This document shows positions 48,103 to 58,318 of a stretch of 64,000 bases of DNA, one piece after another. Below the pieces are notes generated by a model, which was not told where the DNA came from, did no database searches, and worked only from the letters and a program-made list of their open reading frames with translations. Source of the DNA: Candidatus Saccharimonadota bacterium (lineage in GTDB: Bacteria > Patescibacteriota > Saccharimonadia > Saccharimonadales > JAUPVS01); assembly GCA_037139495.1 (NCBI GenBank), contig JBAXGG010000001.1, forward strand, positions 3,025 to 67,024, written 5' to 3'. The first letter of the stretch is position 1; each line of letters opens with the position of its first letter. The position numbers and the translations under genes are program-made.

Positions 48103-49881
48103 CTAATCCTCTAAAAAGCCACCACTTTGATGAGCCCAAAGACCTGCATAAACTCCATTGTTTTTAATTAACTCTTTATGCGTGCCTTGCTCGGAGATTT
48201 TACCGTTGTCGAGAACAATGATTCTATCCATTTTCTGAATCGTGCTTAGGCGGTGGGCAATTACAATCGCAGTCCTTCCCTCCATCAATTTCCACAACGC
48301 GTCCTGGATTAACACTTCACTCTCGGAGTCCAGGGCACTCGTCGCCTCATCCAATACTAAGATTGGTGCATTTTTTATCATTGCTCGAGCGATTGCCACA
48401 CGTTGACGCTGGCCACCAGATAGTTTAACGCCACGTTCGCCAACAAGGGTTTCGTAGCCTTGAGGTAACGTTTTAATGAACTCATCAGCGTGAGCAACTT
48501 TTGCTGCTGAAAAAACAGTTTCTTTGCTCGCAGAAAAATTTCCATAACGGATATTGTTGAATAAAGAACGATGGAACATGATAGGTTCCTGGGGAACATA
48601 AGCGATACTGCGGTGTAAATCATCTTGGGTGATGCTGGCTATGTTCTGTCCATCAATAGTAATCTCACCACTATCAACGTCGCTAAATCTTAACAGTAGA
48701 CGAGTAAAAGTAGTCTTTCCCGACCCAGAATGTCCAACTAAGCCTATCTTTTCTCCGGCTTTAATTTGAACATTTAATTTGCTAAAAATTTCTTTGTTGG
48801 CGCCATCGTGTATAAAAGTCACATCATTGAAGCTGATTGTACCAAGACTTGCCTTAAATTCCTTAGGGCTCACAGGATCTTGGATTTCGGGTATGAGCTG
48901 CAAAATCTCTGTCATCCCACTGGCATTACCAAAGGCCCTATTGTAGTTACGCAAAGAGCCATTACTAAAAGTAAAAAGTTGACTCGAAATACTCGCAGTG
49001 TATGTTAGAACTAAAAAGACTGTTGCTAAGTTTGCTTTGAATGTTACGACACTGACTATCGCGATAAACAAAGCAATAACCTCTATCAGACTCGTTAAGC
49101 CAGAAAAGTATATCATCTGCCTTTGCATAGCATGCATTAGACTCATCAGATGAGAAGCGGTATTGGTAGTTGCTTTGGAATACTGTCTTTCCTCGTATTC
49201 CTTCCCGGCAAAACTCTTTATTGCCATAACGTTAGTAATACTGTCAGCCAAATAGCCGGTTTGAGCGCTTTCGGCTGCTGCATGTTCACTACTCAGGTGT
49301 CTTACTTTTCTGGTGACCCAAAAAGCAGTCGTAACATAAAAAGCTGTAAATAGTACCAAAGCTACTACGTATAGTGGTGCGCGCCTAGAAAGAATTATCG
49401 ATGTGAATATAAGCCCAGAAAATAACGGAATAACTTGATAGAAGGTTGTGTCGGCTATTTGATCATATGCTCCGAGGATTTTACTAGACTGCGATACTAA
49501 TGACCCACCAAAACTATCAGCGTGGAAATTAGCACTCTGTCCGAGCAAATGTCCGTAAACTCGCTCTGCTAGGTCACGCTCGACGTTGGCTTCGAGCCGC
49601 CAGGATAAGGTGTCTACAATCCGCCAGGTAAAGACCCCAGCGAACATTAGGCAGGTATAAAGTAACAAGGATGTACCAAAACTACCCCAAACATCATTCG
49701 GAGTAAACTGGCCTTTTGCCAATCGATTTAACACGTTCGCTAAAACTAGTGGAGGCAAGTAATTCGTAATCAAAGTTATTATAGGTATGGAAATTAATGT
49801 CCCAGCTGCGTAAACAGGATAGTGCCAGGCTTGATGCCAGTAAAGTTGTATTGTTTTAGTTGTAGTAGAGGACTTTTTCAT
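48103..49881 (-). CDS. ABC exporter, fused permease-ATPase (MsbA/multidrug type)
   Basis: 6-TM domain followed by an NBD with GHSGSGKTT Walker A, LSGGQRQR signature and ILVLDEATSALD Walker B. Confidence 0.85.
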   Translation of the reverse strand: MKKSSTTTKTIQLYWHQAWHYPVYAAGTLISIPIITLITNYLPPLVLANVLNRLAKGQFTPNDVWGSFGTSLLLYTCLMFAGVFTWRIVDTLSWRLEANVERDLAERVYGHLLGQSANFHADSFGGSLVSQSSKILGAYDQIADTTFYQVIPLFSGLIFTSIILSRRAPLYVVALVLFTAFYVTTAFWVTRKVRHLSSEHAAAESAQTGYLADSITNVMAIKSFAGKEYEERQYSKATTNTASHLMSLMHAMQRQMIYFSGLTSLIEVIALFIAIVSVVTFKANLATVFLVLTYTASISSQLFTFSNGSLRNYNRAFGNASGMTEILQLIPEIQDPVSPKEFKASLGTISFNDVTFIHDGANKEIFSKLNVQIKAGEKIGLVGHSGSGKTTFTRLLLRFSDVDSGEITIDGQNIASITQDDLHRSIAYVPQEPIMFHRSLFNNIRYGNFSASKETVFSAAKVAHADEFIKTLPQGYETLVGERGVKLSGGQRQRVAIARAMIKNAPILVLDEATSALDSESEVLIQDALWKLMEGRTAIVIAHRLSTIQKMDRIIVLDNGKISEQGTHKELIKNNGVYAGLWAHQSGGFLED

Positions 49882-50105
49882 AGCACACCGCCTCCTGCGG
49901 TGTGGTTAGTTTATGGGGTAAATATATTGTTTTCTAGAAGAGATACGGAAACAGCTAGCACTCCGCAGGGACGGGCAAAGTTGTGCCGAAAGTAGTTTGT
50001 TTGATCATTGCCTCGTCCTTTCCGTTAGGTTGATGATTATTTAACAATTATACTATACTAATCAAGCATTATCAAAAATGAGCGTAAAATGGTATAATAA
50101 ATGAA

Positions 50106-51002
50106 ATGAAGAAGGTGATTCTATACTATAAGTTTGCCCCCGTTAGTGACCCGATTATGACGGTGCGCTGGCTGAAGGAACTTTGCGGTCGTTTGGCGCT
50201 AAAAGGTCGTATTATCGTTAGCCCAAATGGTATTAATGGCACCCTGGGTGGGGATCTCGACAATCTCCTTGCTTATAAACGTGAAATGAACAAATCAGTG
50301 ACTTTTAAGGGTATAGCTTATAAATGGAGTGATGGCACCGGCCAAGAATTCCCGCGACTGAGCATTAAGGTCCGTGATGAATTGGTTGCCTTTAAGGCCG
50401 CTGATCAAATTAAGGTTGATGATACGGGTGTAATTGGTACCGGCAAACACCTTAAGCCTGAGCAACTCCATAAGCTAGTCGAAGAGAACGATGATGTCGT
50501 CTTTTTTGATGGCCGAAATGCTTATGAAGCTGCTGTCGGCCGTTTTAAAGGTGCCATTGTGCCGGATACTAAAACCACTCATGATTTTGTAACAGAAATC
50601 CGAAGCAAAAAATACGAAAAAATAAAAGATAAACCAGTCGTAACTTATTGTACTGGCGGCGTGCGTTGCGAAATTTTGAGCACCCTTATGAAGCAAGAGG
50701 GTTTTAAGGATGTTTATCAACTTGATGGCGGTGTCGTTAAGTACGGCGAAAAATATGGTGACGAAGGCTTATGGGAAGGTGTTTTACATATCTTTGATGA
50801 CCGCATGCAGCATCGTTTTTCTGATAAATCTATAGACATCGGTAGTTGCGTTCATTGTGGCGGTAAGACCAGCAACTACATTAACTGCGCCAACAATGCC
50901 TGCAACCGACTGGTATTAGTGTGTGACAAATGTGATGACGGCCAGAGTGTTTGCGAGAAGACTGAGTGTAAACAATTGGTAGGACATGAACAAGCGGCTT
51001 GA
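50106..51002 (+). CDS. trhO: Rhodanese-domain tRNA uridine(34) hydroxylase TrhO (YceA/UPF0176 family)
   Basis: UPF0176 N-domain, rhodanese active-site CTGGVRCE, C-terminal Cys-rich cluster. Confidence 0.7.
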   Translation: MKKVILYYKFAPVSDPIMTVRWLKELCGRLALKGRIIVSPNGINGTLGGDLDNLLAYKREMNKSVTFKGIAYKWSDGTGQEFPRLSIKVRDELVAFKAADQIKVDDTGVIGTGKHLKPEQLHKLVEENDDVVFFDGRNAYEAAVGRFKGAIVPDTKTTHDFVTEIRSKKYEKIKDKPVVTYCTGGVRCEILSTLMKQEGFKDVYQLDGGVVKYGEKYGDEGLWEGVLHIFDDRMQHRFSDKSIDIGSCVHCGGKTSNYINCANNACNRLVLVCDKCDDGQSVCEKTECKQLVGHEQAA

Positions 51003-52479
51003 GGCCAAGCTGGCTCTGCTGCCCAAAGACCCCGGCGTTTACTTTTACAAGGACAAGACCGGCGAGATTATTTATGTAGGCAAAGCTGCAAATTTGCGCA
51101 ATCGGGTTCGGCAGTACTTTCAGGTTAGTCGCTATCGTGATATCAAAACCGACGCCCTTGTCGCTGATATTGTTGATGTCGAATGGATTACCGTCGACAG
51201 CGAAATTGACGCTCTGTTTTTAGAGGCAGAACAAATTCGTAGATACCTGCCGAAGTACAATATTTTGCTGCGCGATGACAAAAGCAGTAGCTATGTGCGA
51301 ATTGATTATGACAGCCCGCACCCAACGGTTACTTTTACTCATCGCCCACTAGACGACGGCGCTCAGTACTATGGGCCGTACTATAACACCCAAGCCGTTA
51401 AGCGAGCCCTCAAGTACTTACGCAAAGCCTTCCCATATAGTACGCATAACCATACCATTCCAAAGCGAGCCTGCCTGCTTTATCACATTGGTCTATGCCC
51501 AGGCCTCGAGGATGACAAGACCAGCCTTAAAGACTATCGTGATAACCTTAAAAAACTCATCAAGTACCTAAAGGGCGAGCGGATAGTTCTAATCCGTCAG
51601 GCCGAGAAAGAAATGCAGGCTTATGCTAAGGCTGGCAAGTTCGAAGAAGCTGCCATTGCCCGAAATCAACTATTCGCCCTAAAAGGTCTTAGGAAGCAAA
51701 TAATATTTTCGGATCGTGAATTTATGGATATCAGCAAAGACCAGGGTCTGGCCGGCCTGACTGATTTATTAGGGCTAACAAAGGTGCCACGCCGGATCGA
51801 AGGCTATGATATCAGCCATATGTCTGGAACTGATACGGTGGCTAGCATGGTGGTATTTACTAATGGTATTCCCGACAAAGCATCCTATCGTAAATTCAAA
51901 ATGCGCATACCTGGTAACGATGATTTTGCCCACATGAATGAGGCTATCAGTCGACGATTGAGTGAAAAGAATCGTAAAGCCTGGGGACTGCCGGACGTTT
52001 TTTTAATTGATGGCGGCAAAGGACAACTAAGCGCAGCAATTAAAGCCCGTGACGAGGCTGGCTGCAGCCATATACCGATGATCGGCTTAGCTAAACGCGA
52101 AGAAGAAATCGTCATTCACCGCGACCTATCGGCCGTTGAGCTAAACCGACCTCAAGTTATAAAAGATGATGCCTTACTGACTCAGGACGATAAGTTCATT
52201 AAAGTTCTGTTGCCGGCATCCTCTCACACAGTTAAACTCTTACAGCGTATTCGTGACGAGTCGCATCGTTTTGCGGTTAGCTATCACAGCGTTCTAAAGG
52301 GCAAGCGTCAGACCTCTAGTTTACTTGACGAAATTCCGGGAGTCGGCCCGCTGACTCGTAAAAAATTACTCCGAAAATTCGGCTCAATGAGAGGTATTGC
52401 CGGGGCCACAACCGAGGATCTTGCAACAGTCGTCGGAAGCCAAAAAGCCCTGACAATCAGCCAATATTTTGCCGATTAA
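50986..52479 (+). CDS. uvrC: Excinuclease ABC subunit C (compact form)
   Basis: GIY-YIG N-terminus (GVYFYKDKTGEIIYVGKAANLRNR), UVR helix region (FEEAAIARNQL), RNase H-like endonuclease domain, C-terminal HhH (IPGVGPLTRKKLLRKFGS). Confidence 0.8.
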   Translation: MNKRLEAKLALLPKDPGVYFYKDKTGEIIYVGKAANLRNRVRQYFQVSRYRDIKTDALVADIVDVEWITVDSEIDALFLEAEQIRRYLPKYNILLRDDKSSSYVRIDYDSPHPTVTFTHRPLDDGAQYYGPYYNTQAVKRALKYLRKAFPYSTHNHTIPKRACLLYHIGLCPGLEDDKTSLKDYRDNLKKLIKYLKGERIVLIRQAEKEMQAYAKAGKFEEAAIARNQLFALKGLRKQIIFSDREFMDISKDQGLAGLTDLLGLTKVPRRIEGYDISHMSGTDTVASMVVFTNGIPDKASYRKFKMRIPGNDDFAHMNEAISRRLSEKNRKAWGLPDVFLIDGGKGQLSAAIKARDEAGCSHIPMIGLAKREEEIVIHRDLSAVELNRPQVIKDDALLTQDDKFIKVLLPASSHTVKLLQRIRDESHRFAVSYHSVLKGKRQTSSLLDEIPGVGPLTRKKLLRKFGSMRGIAGATTEDLATVVGSQKALTISQYFAD

Positions 52480-52514
52480 TAGTGACGTAAAGTTTGATAT
52501 AATAGGTTAACGGT

Positions 52515-53738
52515 ATGTACCACCATTTCTCAAAGGAGTTTTTTGTTTCCAACCGCCTACGTCTGCGGGAACTGTTTGTGGGAACCGCGCCGATCGTAAT
52601 TACCGCTAATGGCGTTTTGCAACGTAACGGCGACGGAATCTTTAGTTTTAGGCAGGATAGTAGTTTTTGGTATCTGACCGGCATTAAGCAGTCGGACGTT
52701 GTTTTGGTGATGGATAAAACCAAAGATTATTTGATTCTGCCAACTCAGCAAGATTATTTAGATATTTTTCACGGTAGGTCGGACCCAATTGCCTTACAGG
52801 CCATATCTGGCATTGATACCATCTATAAACAAGAAGAGGGCTGGAAACGGCTGAATAGCCGTCTAAAGCGGGCAAAACACGTCGCGACTCTGTCAGCTAC
52901 CCCAGCCTACGTTGAGCAACTTGGGTTTTACGCCAATCCTGCCCGGGCACAATTATTAGACCGCATCAAGCTGGCCAATACTGAAGTCGAGCTACTAGAC
53001 CTAAACCCTCAATTGTCCCTGATGCGGGTTCTTAAGCAAAAACCCGAACTAGAAGCTTTGCAGGAAGCGATCAATATCACAGTTAAGGCAATTAATTTTG
53101 TTCAAAAACGCCACTATGATCATGAATACCAGCTGGAAGCCGAAATTACTAGGCAGTTCCGTAAAGCCGGTACTCAGGGGCACGCCTTTACACCAATAAT
53201 CTCTGCTGGGGCAAATGCCTGCATTCTTCATCGTGATGAAAATGACGCCACTATTAGCGACAAAGACTTGATTACCCTAGACATTGGCGCCGAAGTCGAT
53301 AATTATAGCGCCGATATTAGCCGTACCTATAGTCAGGCCAAGCAGCCGAGTAAGCGCCAGAGAGCCGTTCATGATGCTGTGATTTCCGTTCAGGACTACG
53401 CGTTCAGTTTAGTTAAACCGGGTGCCTTAATAATAGAAAACGAAAAATTGGTCGAGCATTATATGGGAGAAAAATTACGTGAGCTGGGCTTGATTCAAAC
53501 GATTAACCGTGACAGCGTCCGTAAATATTTTCCGCATTCCACGTCACACTTTTTGGGTTTGGATGCGCACGACACTGGTGATTATAGTCGCCCCCTCGAA
53601 CCGAGTATGGTCATAACTGTCGAACCCGGTATATATATTCCTGAGGAGGGAATTGGAATTAGGATCGAGGATGATGTACTGATCACCACTGATGGCTACA
53701 AGGTGATGAGTGATAAGTTACCAAGATCAATCTGTTAG
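52515..53738 (+). CDS. Xaa-Pro aminopeptidase/dipeptidase, peptidase family M24B
   Basis: Pita-bread fold metal ligands (DIGAEVDNYSADISRT; HSTSHFLGLDAHD; VITVEPGIY; GIRIEDD). Confidence 0.8.
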   Translation: MYHHFSKEFFVSNRLRLRELFVGTAPIVITANGVLQRNGDGIFSFRQDSSFWYLTGIKQSDVVLVMDKTKDYLILPTQQDYLDIFHGRSDPIALQAISGIDTIYKQEEGWKRLNSRLKRAKHVATLSATPAYVEQLGFYANPARAQLLDRIKLANTEVELLDLNPQLSLMRVLKQKPELEALQEAINITVKAINFVQKRHYDHEYQLEAEITRQFRKAGTQGHAFTPIISAGANACILHRDENDATISDKDLITLDIGAEVDNYSADISRTYSQAKQPSKRQRAVHDAVISVQDYAFSLVKPGALIIENEKLVEHYMGEKLRELGLIQTINRDSVRKYFPHSTSHFLGLDAHDTGDYSRPLEPSMVITVEPGIYIPEEGIGIRIEDDVLITTDGYKVMSDKLPRSIC

Positions 53739-53775
53739 ATTTGGTACAACTGGGGTACAATAGATCGTAACTATT

Positions 53776-54147
53776 ATGAACAATGCAACTGGTCGGTTTC
53801 TATTACGTTGGTTTGTCTGTGGATTGGGCCTGTGGATTGCTGCCTTGATTTTGGGGGGAAGTCGTTTAACTGTACAAAGCAGTCTGCTGGTCTTAATTGT
53901 GTCCGGCCTCCTGCTTGCGATTCTAAATACCGTAATTAAACCTCTAGTGGTAATCCTATCTTTACCGGCAATATTGTTTAGCCTGGGGCTATTTATGATC
54001 GTTATTAACGGCTTAATGGTTTTGTTGGTGAGTAAGCTCTACGCTTCGCTTCAGGTAGAAAACTTTGGCGCCGCGATGTTGGCCGGAATGATCATTGGTT
54101 TTGTTAACTATTTAGTGACAACCATCCTCGATAGACGGAGCAGCTAA
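53776..54147 (+). CDS. DUF360 / phage-holin-4-like small membrane protein
   Basis: 123 aa with 4 TM helices, a pattern typical of the YvlD/DUF360 family. Confidence 0.5.
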   Translation: MNNATGRFLLRWFVCGLGLWIAALILGGSRLTVQSSLLVLIVSGLLLAILNTVIKPLVVILSLPAILFSLGLFMIVINGLMVLLVSKLYASLQVENFGAAMLAGMIIGFVNYLVTTILDRRSS

Positions 54148-54186
54148 GGCTTTCGCCATGAGACGCTTTGCTCTACAATACAGTAA

Positions 54187-54402
54187 ATGAGTATTTACAA
54201 CTATCTAACTATCGCCTCAGCCATATTGCTGACAATCCTAGTTTTGGTTCAAACCCGTGGCGCAACGCTTGGTGCTGGTTTGGGCGGTGGTGGGGAAGTT
54301 AATACTGTTCGGCGTGGATCCGACAAGACACTACATCAAATTACTATTATTGTGGCTTTCGTTTTTGCTGCTTCAATTTTATTGAGCGTGGTTATTAAAT
54401 AG
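54187..54402 (+). CDS. secG: Preprotein translocase subunit SecG-like
   Basis: 71 aa, two TM helices separated by a Gly-rich loop (GATLGAGLGGGGE). Confidence 0.6.
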   Translation: MSIYNYLTIASAILLTILVLVQTRGATLGAGLGGGGEVNTVRRGSDKTLHQITIIVAFVFAASILLSVVIK

Positions 54403-54421
54403 TTCGTATTAGAGGTGGCTA

Positions 54422-56209
54422 ATGGTTGATCGAGCAACAAAATTGCGCTGGCGCCGACGTTTTCGGCGCAGTCGGAAGCAAGTTGAGAGTATCGGCGAAC
54501 AGGCCGAGCAACATCTAGAAGCGCATGTTATTTCCCGAATCGCTCGTCTTTGGAAAGTACGCCGCTTTTTAACGGCCTGGACACTACTAATCGTTCTATT
54601 AATTACGACTCTAGTTCTTCAGACTAGAGCCCTGAGCATTTACTACCAATCACTACAGACCATACCCGGTGGCACATACACCGAAGGTATCCTGGGAAAT
54701 TTCACTACCGCCAACCCGCTCTATGCTACAGGTTCCGTGGATACCTCAGTTTCGCGTTTGGTTTTCAGTGGACTTTTTAAGTACGACTCAACCAATAAAT
54801 TAGTCGGTGATTTAGCTCAATCTTGGAGCGTTAATGACAGAGGCAATGTATACACCGTCATTTTAAAACCAAACCTACACTGGCAAGACGGCCAGGCACT
54901 AAGGTCAGGGGATGTCGTCTTTACTTATAGAACTATCCAAAACCCCGACGCCGAATCAGTTCTTTTTAATAGCTGGCAAGGCGTAAAAGTTGCTGCCACT
55001 GACAACCAGACCATCACTTTCACCCTGCCTCAAGCACTCAGCTCTTTCCCGTACTCTATGGTTAATGGCATCATTCCCCAACATATCTTGGCAGGAGTTC
55101 CAGCATCACAGCTGCGTTCAGTTTCATTTGATACTGCCCATCCAGTCGGTGCCGGGCCTTATAGCTGGAAGACCATAGAAGTTACGGCCGCTGATCCGGA
55201 AAAACGCGAAGAACGAATCGCTTTGTATCCAAACAAGTATTATGTTGGAGGTAAACCCAAGTTGGACGGCTTCATTGTTAGAGCCTTCCATAGTGAGGCT
55301 GCAGCTATCGATAGCTTTAATAAGCAGGAGCTAGACGGGGTAGTTGGTTTTAACAGCGTACCCGCTAAGATCACTAAGAATACATTGGTTCGGCGTTATA
55401 GCTTTCCGCTAACTAGCCAAACCCTAGTTTTCTTCAAGACTACAGAGGGCGTCTTGGTCGATCAAGCAGTCCGCAGGGCACTCGTTCAGGCTACTGATGT
55501 GCCCGCAATCGCAGTCACTTTAGGCTACCCGGTACAAACTGTCGATGAACCATTTTTGCGGTTTCAACCCGGCTACAATAAATCTTTAGCCCAACTAGCC
55601 TTTAATGTCGTTGCTTCCAATCAAGCCCTAGATGCGGCCGGCTGGGTAAAAGGCAACGACGGAATTCGGACTAAAAATGGACAACCTCTGACCTTCACGC
55701 TAACGAGCGTAGATACCCCAGAGTACTCTGCTATTACTAAAAAGCTTCAGCTGCAATGGCGTGAAATCGGTGTTAATTTGCAAATTAGCTTGCAGCCGGC
55801 CAGTGATTTACAAACCGCACTGGCCTTTCATAACTACGATGCATTATTGTACGGCATTTCGATCGGGGTGGATCCAGATGTTTTAGCTTATTGGCATAGT
55901 TCTCAGGCCGATATTCGATCGGCCAATCGTTTGAATTTTTCTGAATACAAATCTGCCGTTGCCGATAAAGCTTTAGAAGCTGGCCGAACTAGGTCGGACC
56001 CCAGTTTAAGAGCGATTAAGTATCGACCGTTCCTAGAATCATGGCGTAACGATGCCCCGGCCGTCGGTTTATATCAGCCCCATTTCCTATACATAACCCG
56101 TCAGACGGTTGGAGGTCTAGTTGAGCATACTATTAACACTCCAACCGATCGATATAGCAATGTTCAAAATTGGACAATTCGTGAATCTAGCCAGGATCTA
56201 CCTCAATAG
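54422..56209 (+). CDS. ABC-transporter substrate-binding protein, family 5 (oligopeptide/nickel type), N-terminally membrane-anchored
   Basis: SBP_bac_5-like length and motifs, with an N-terminal TM anchor instead of a lipobox. Confidence 0.7.
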   Translation: MVDRATKLRWRRRFRRSRKQVESIGEQAEQHLEAHVISRIARLWKVRRFLTAWTLLIVLLITTLVLQTRALSIYYQSLQTIPGGTYTEGILGNFTTANPLYATGSVDTSVSRLVFSGLFKYDSTNKLVGDLAQSWSVNDRGNVYTVILKPNLHWQDGQALRSGDVVFTYRTIQNPDAESVLFNSWQGVKVAATDNQTITFTLPQALSSFPYSMVNGIIPQHILAGVPASQLRSVSFDTAHPVGAGPYSWKTIEVTAADPEKREERIALYPNKYYVGGKPKLDGFIVRAFHSEAAAIDSFNKQELDGVVGFNSVPAKITKNTLVRRYSFPLTSQTLVFFKTTEGVLVDQAVRRALVQATDVPAIAVTLGYPVQTVDEPFLRFQPGYNKSLAQLAFNVVASNQALDAAGWVKGNDGIRTKNGQPLTFTLTSVDTPEYSAITKKLQLQWREIGVNLQISLQPASDLQTALAFHNYDALLYGISIGVDPDVLAYWHSSQADIRSANRLNFSEYKSAVADKALEAGRTRSDPSLRAIKYRPFLESWRNDAPAVGLYQPHFLYITRQTVGGLVEHTINTPTDRYSNVQNWTIRESSQDLPQ

Positions 56210-56280
56210 CTAGCCTTGAGTTTTTGCTTCAAAAATCGTACTATAAACAGCGATACTTAGGTAGAAGTACTCTTGCTAAT

Positions 56281-56367
56281 GCCGCGATGGCGAAATTGGT
56301 AGACGCGCTAGTTTCAGGGACTAGTGGGGGCAACCCCGTGGAGGTTCAAGTCCTCTTCGCGGCACCA
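56281..56367 (+). tRNA. tRNA-Leu (anticodon CAG), long variable arm, CCA encoded
   Basis: Acceptor GCCGCGA/TCGCGGC, anticodon stem CTAGT/ACTAG with loop TTCAGGG, T-arm GGAGGTTCAAGTCCTC; the 67-aa ORF called here is spurious. Confidence 0.85.
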
Positions 56368-56419
56368 GCGACAGTGCTTAGCCGAACTTATCAGCCTGTG
56401 GTATCATTAACACCGAAAT

Positions 56420-58057
56420 ATGAGTAAAGTAGCGCATTATTTACAGGAGCACGTCCTCGGCGAAGTTATGACTTCGGCCGATCTTCGAAAACATTTTTCG
56501 ACTGACGGTAGTATTTTTACAGTTACACCTTCGGTTGTATTGTACCCTCGAAACGAAAATGATGTTCGTAAAACCGCTCGGTTTACCTGGCAACTAGCCG
56601 AAAGGGGGCGAGTTATACCAATTACAGCTCGAGGTCGTGGCACCGATCAGGGCGGTGGTGCGATTGGTAGTGGGATTGTGATGGTATTCCCGGCTCACAT
56701 GAATCATATTACCGAAATGGATGCTAAGAGCGGCTTAGTTACTGTTCAACCTGGCATAAACTATGGTCATTTGCAGCAGACCCTGCACACTCATGGCCGT
56801 TTCTTACCTCCGTACCCAGCTTCTTTTGAATACAGCAGTATTGGTGGTGCGATCGGTAATAATGCCGGCGGTGAAAAAAGCATCAAGTATGGCAAGACTC
56901 GCAAATATGTGCGTAGCTTGCGGGTTGTTTTGGCTAACGGCGAAGTGATTCACACCGGCCGGATTAACAAGCGTGAAGTAAATCGAAAACTTGGGCTAGC
57001 CAGTTTTGAAGGTGAGATATATCGTTCGCTCGACAAGTTGTATGAAGAAAATCAAGAACTAATAAATGATGACCCCATAAAAGTTACAAAAAATTCGGCT
57101 GGTTATGATATTTGGGACGTCAAACGCAAGGACGGATCAATCGACCTGACATCACTATTTGTCGGTTCTCAAGGCACCCTGGGTATTGTTACGGAGGCTG
57201 AATTATCTACCGAAGCATATAGCGCCCAGTCAACCCTGATTGTTGCAGCCGTCGATGATATACAGATTGCTGAACAGATTGCCATCGACCTGCGCGCTTT
57301 ATCTGACCGGCCAAGTGCCATCGAAGTAGTTGACCAGAATTTACTTGATTTTATTGATAAACATAACCCGAACCTTTTAAAGGATGTTGTTCAGAAGCCA
57401 TTTCATAAGCTAATTTTGCTCATTGAGTTCGATAACAGTAATGACCGTATGCAAAAAAGGATGACTAAAAAGGCTGAAAAGATACTTAAGCATTATGAGG
57501 TTAGCTATCAAACTGAGAAAGATGCCGATCATCAAGCCGAGCTGTGGAATATTCGGCGTAGTGCCGCGGCAGTAATCGCCCATAATGAAGGAAATTTAAA
57601 GGCGCTGCCATTAATTGAGGACGGCATTGTCCCAACCGAAAAGTTTAAAGATTTCCTGGACGGTATATATAAACTTCTCGAAAAGTATGGACTTAAAGCT
57701 GCTATTTGGGGACATGCTGGAGATGCTAATTTGCACATGCAGCCATTCTTGGATTTATCAGAGATCGGTGACCGCCAAAAATGCTTTAGACTAATAGAAG
57801 ATTACTATCAGTTGGTGATCAGTTTAGGTGGTAGTACTACTGGCGAACATGGTGATGGACGCCTTCGTGCCCCTTACGTAGAAAAACTTTATGGTTCTGA
57901 AATCTATAGCATTATGCAGCGCGTAAAACAGATATTCGATCCGCATAATACACTTAATCCAGGTGTAAAGATTAACGTTGGGTTAGAGGATATCAAGCCC
58001 CTCTTGCGCCACGAATATAATATGGAGCGTTTATTTGACCACTTGCCTAAGAGCTAA
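56420..58057 (+). CDS. FAD-linked oxidase (GlcD / D-lactate dehydrogenase family)
   Basis: FAD-binding PCMH-type domain motifs (RGRGTDQGGG) and C-terminal FAD-oxidase domain (GGSTTGEHGDG). Confidence 0.8.
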   Translation: MSKVAHYLQEHVLGEVMTSADLRKHFSTDGSIFTVTPSVVLYPRNENDVRKTARFTWQLAERGRVIPITARGRGTDQGGGAIGSGIVMVFPAHMNHITEMDAKSGLVTVQPGINYGHLQQTLHTHGRFLPPYPASFEYSSIGGAIGNNAGGEKSIKYGKTRKYVRSLRVVLANGEVIHTGRINKREVNRKLGLASFEGEIYRSLDKLYEENQELINDDPIKVTKNSAGYDIWDVKRKDGSIDLTSLFVGSQGTLGIVTEAELSTEAYSAQSTLIVAAVDDIQIAEQIAIDLRALSDRPSAIEVVDQNLLDFIDKHNPNLLKDVVQKPFHKLILLIEFDNSNDRMQKRMTKKAEKILKHYEVSYQTEKDADHQAELWNIRRSAAAVIAHNEGNLKALPLIEDGIVPTEKFKDFLDGIYKLLEKYGLKAAIWGHAGDANLHMQPFLDLSEIGDRQKCFRLIEDYYQLVISLGGSTTGEHGDGRLRAPYVEKLYGSEIYSIMQRVKQIFDPHNTLNPGVKINVGLEDIKPLLRHEYNMERLFDHLPKS

Positions 58058-58140
58058 TCCATGTTTACCTCTTGAGTTTTTGCCCTAAACATCGTAAGAT
58101 TGCTAGGTTCTTTGACAGTAAATTGCCAAATATACATAGG

Positions 58141-58224
58141 CGCGAGTGGTGAAATGGTAGACACGCTAGTCTGAGGGACTAGTGCCGCAAGGCGTGGAGG
58201 TTCAAGTCCTCTCTCGCGCACCAT
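58141..58224 (+). tRNA. tRNA-Leu (anticodon GAG), CCA encoded
   Basis: Acceptor GCGCGAG/CTCGCGC, anticodon loop TCTGAGGG reading GAG, long variable arm, T-arm GGAGGTTCAAGTCCTC. Confidence 0.85.
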
Positions 58225-58241
58225 GTTTACCACGCAATATG

Positions 58242-58318
58242 GGTGATTAGCTCAGTTGGCTAGAGCATCTCGTTTACACCGAGAGGGTCGGGGGTTCGAG
58301 TCCCTCATCACCCACCAA
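58242..58318 (+). tRNA. tRNA-Val (anticodon TAC), CCA encoded
   Basis: Acceptor GGGTGAT/ATCACCC, D-arm TAGCTCAGTTGGCTAGAGC, anticodon loop TTTACAC, T-arm GGGGGTTCGAGTCCC. Confidence 0.85.

Noticed and set aside
56224-56427. 67-aa ORF on the + strand
   Set aside because: It is the tRNA-Leu(CAG) gene read as protein.
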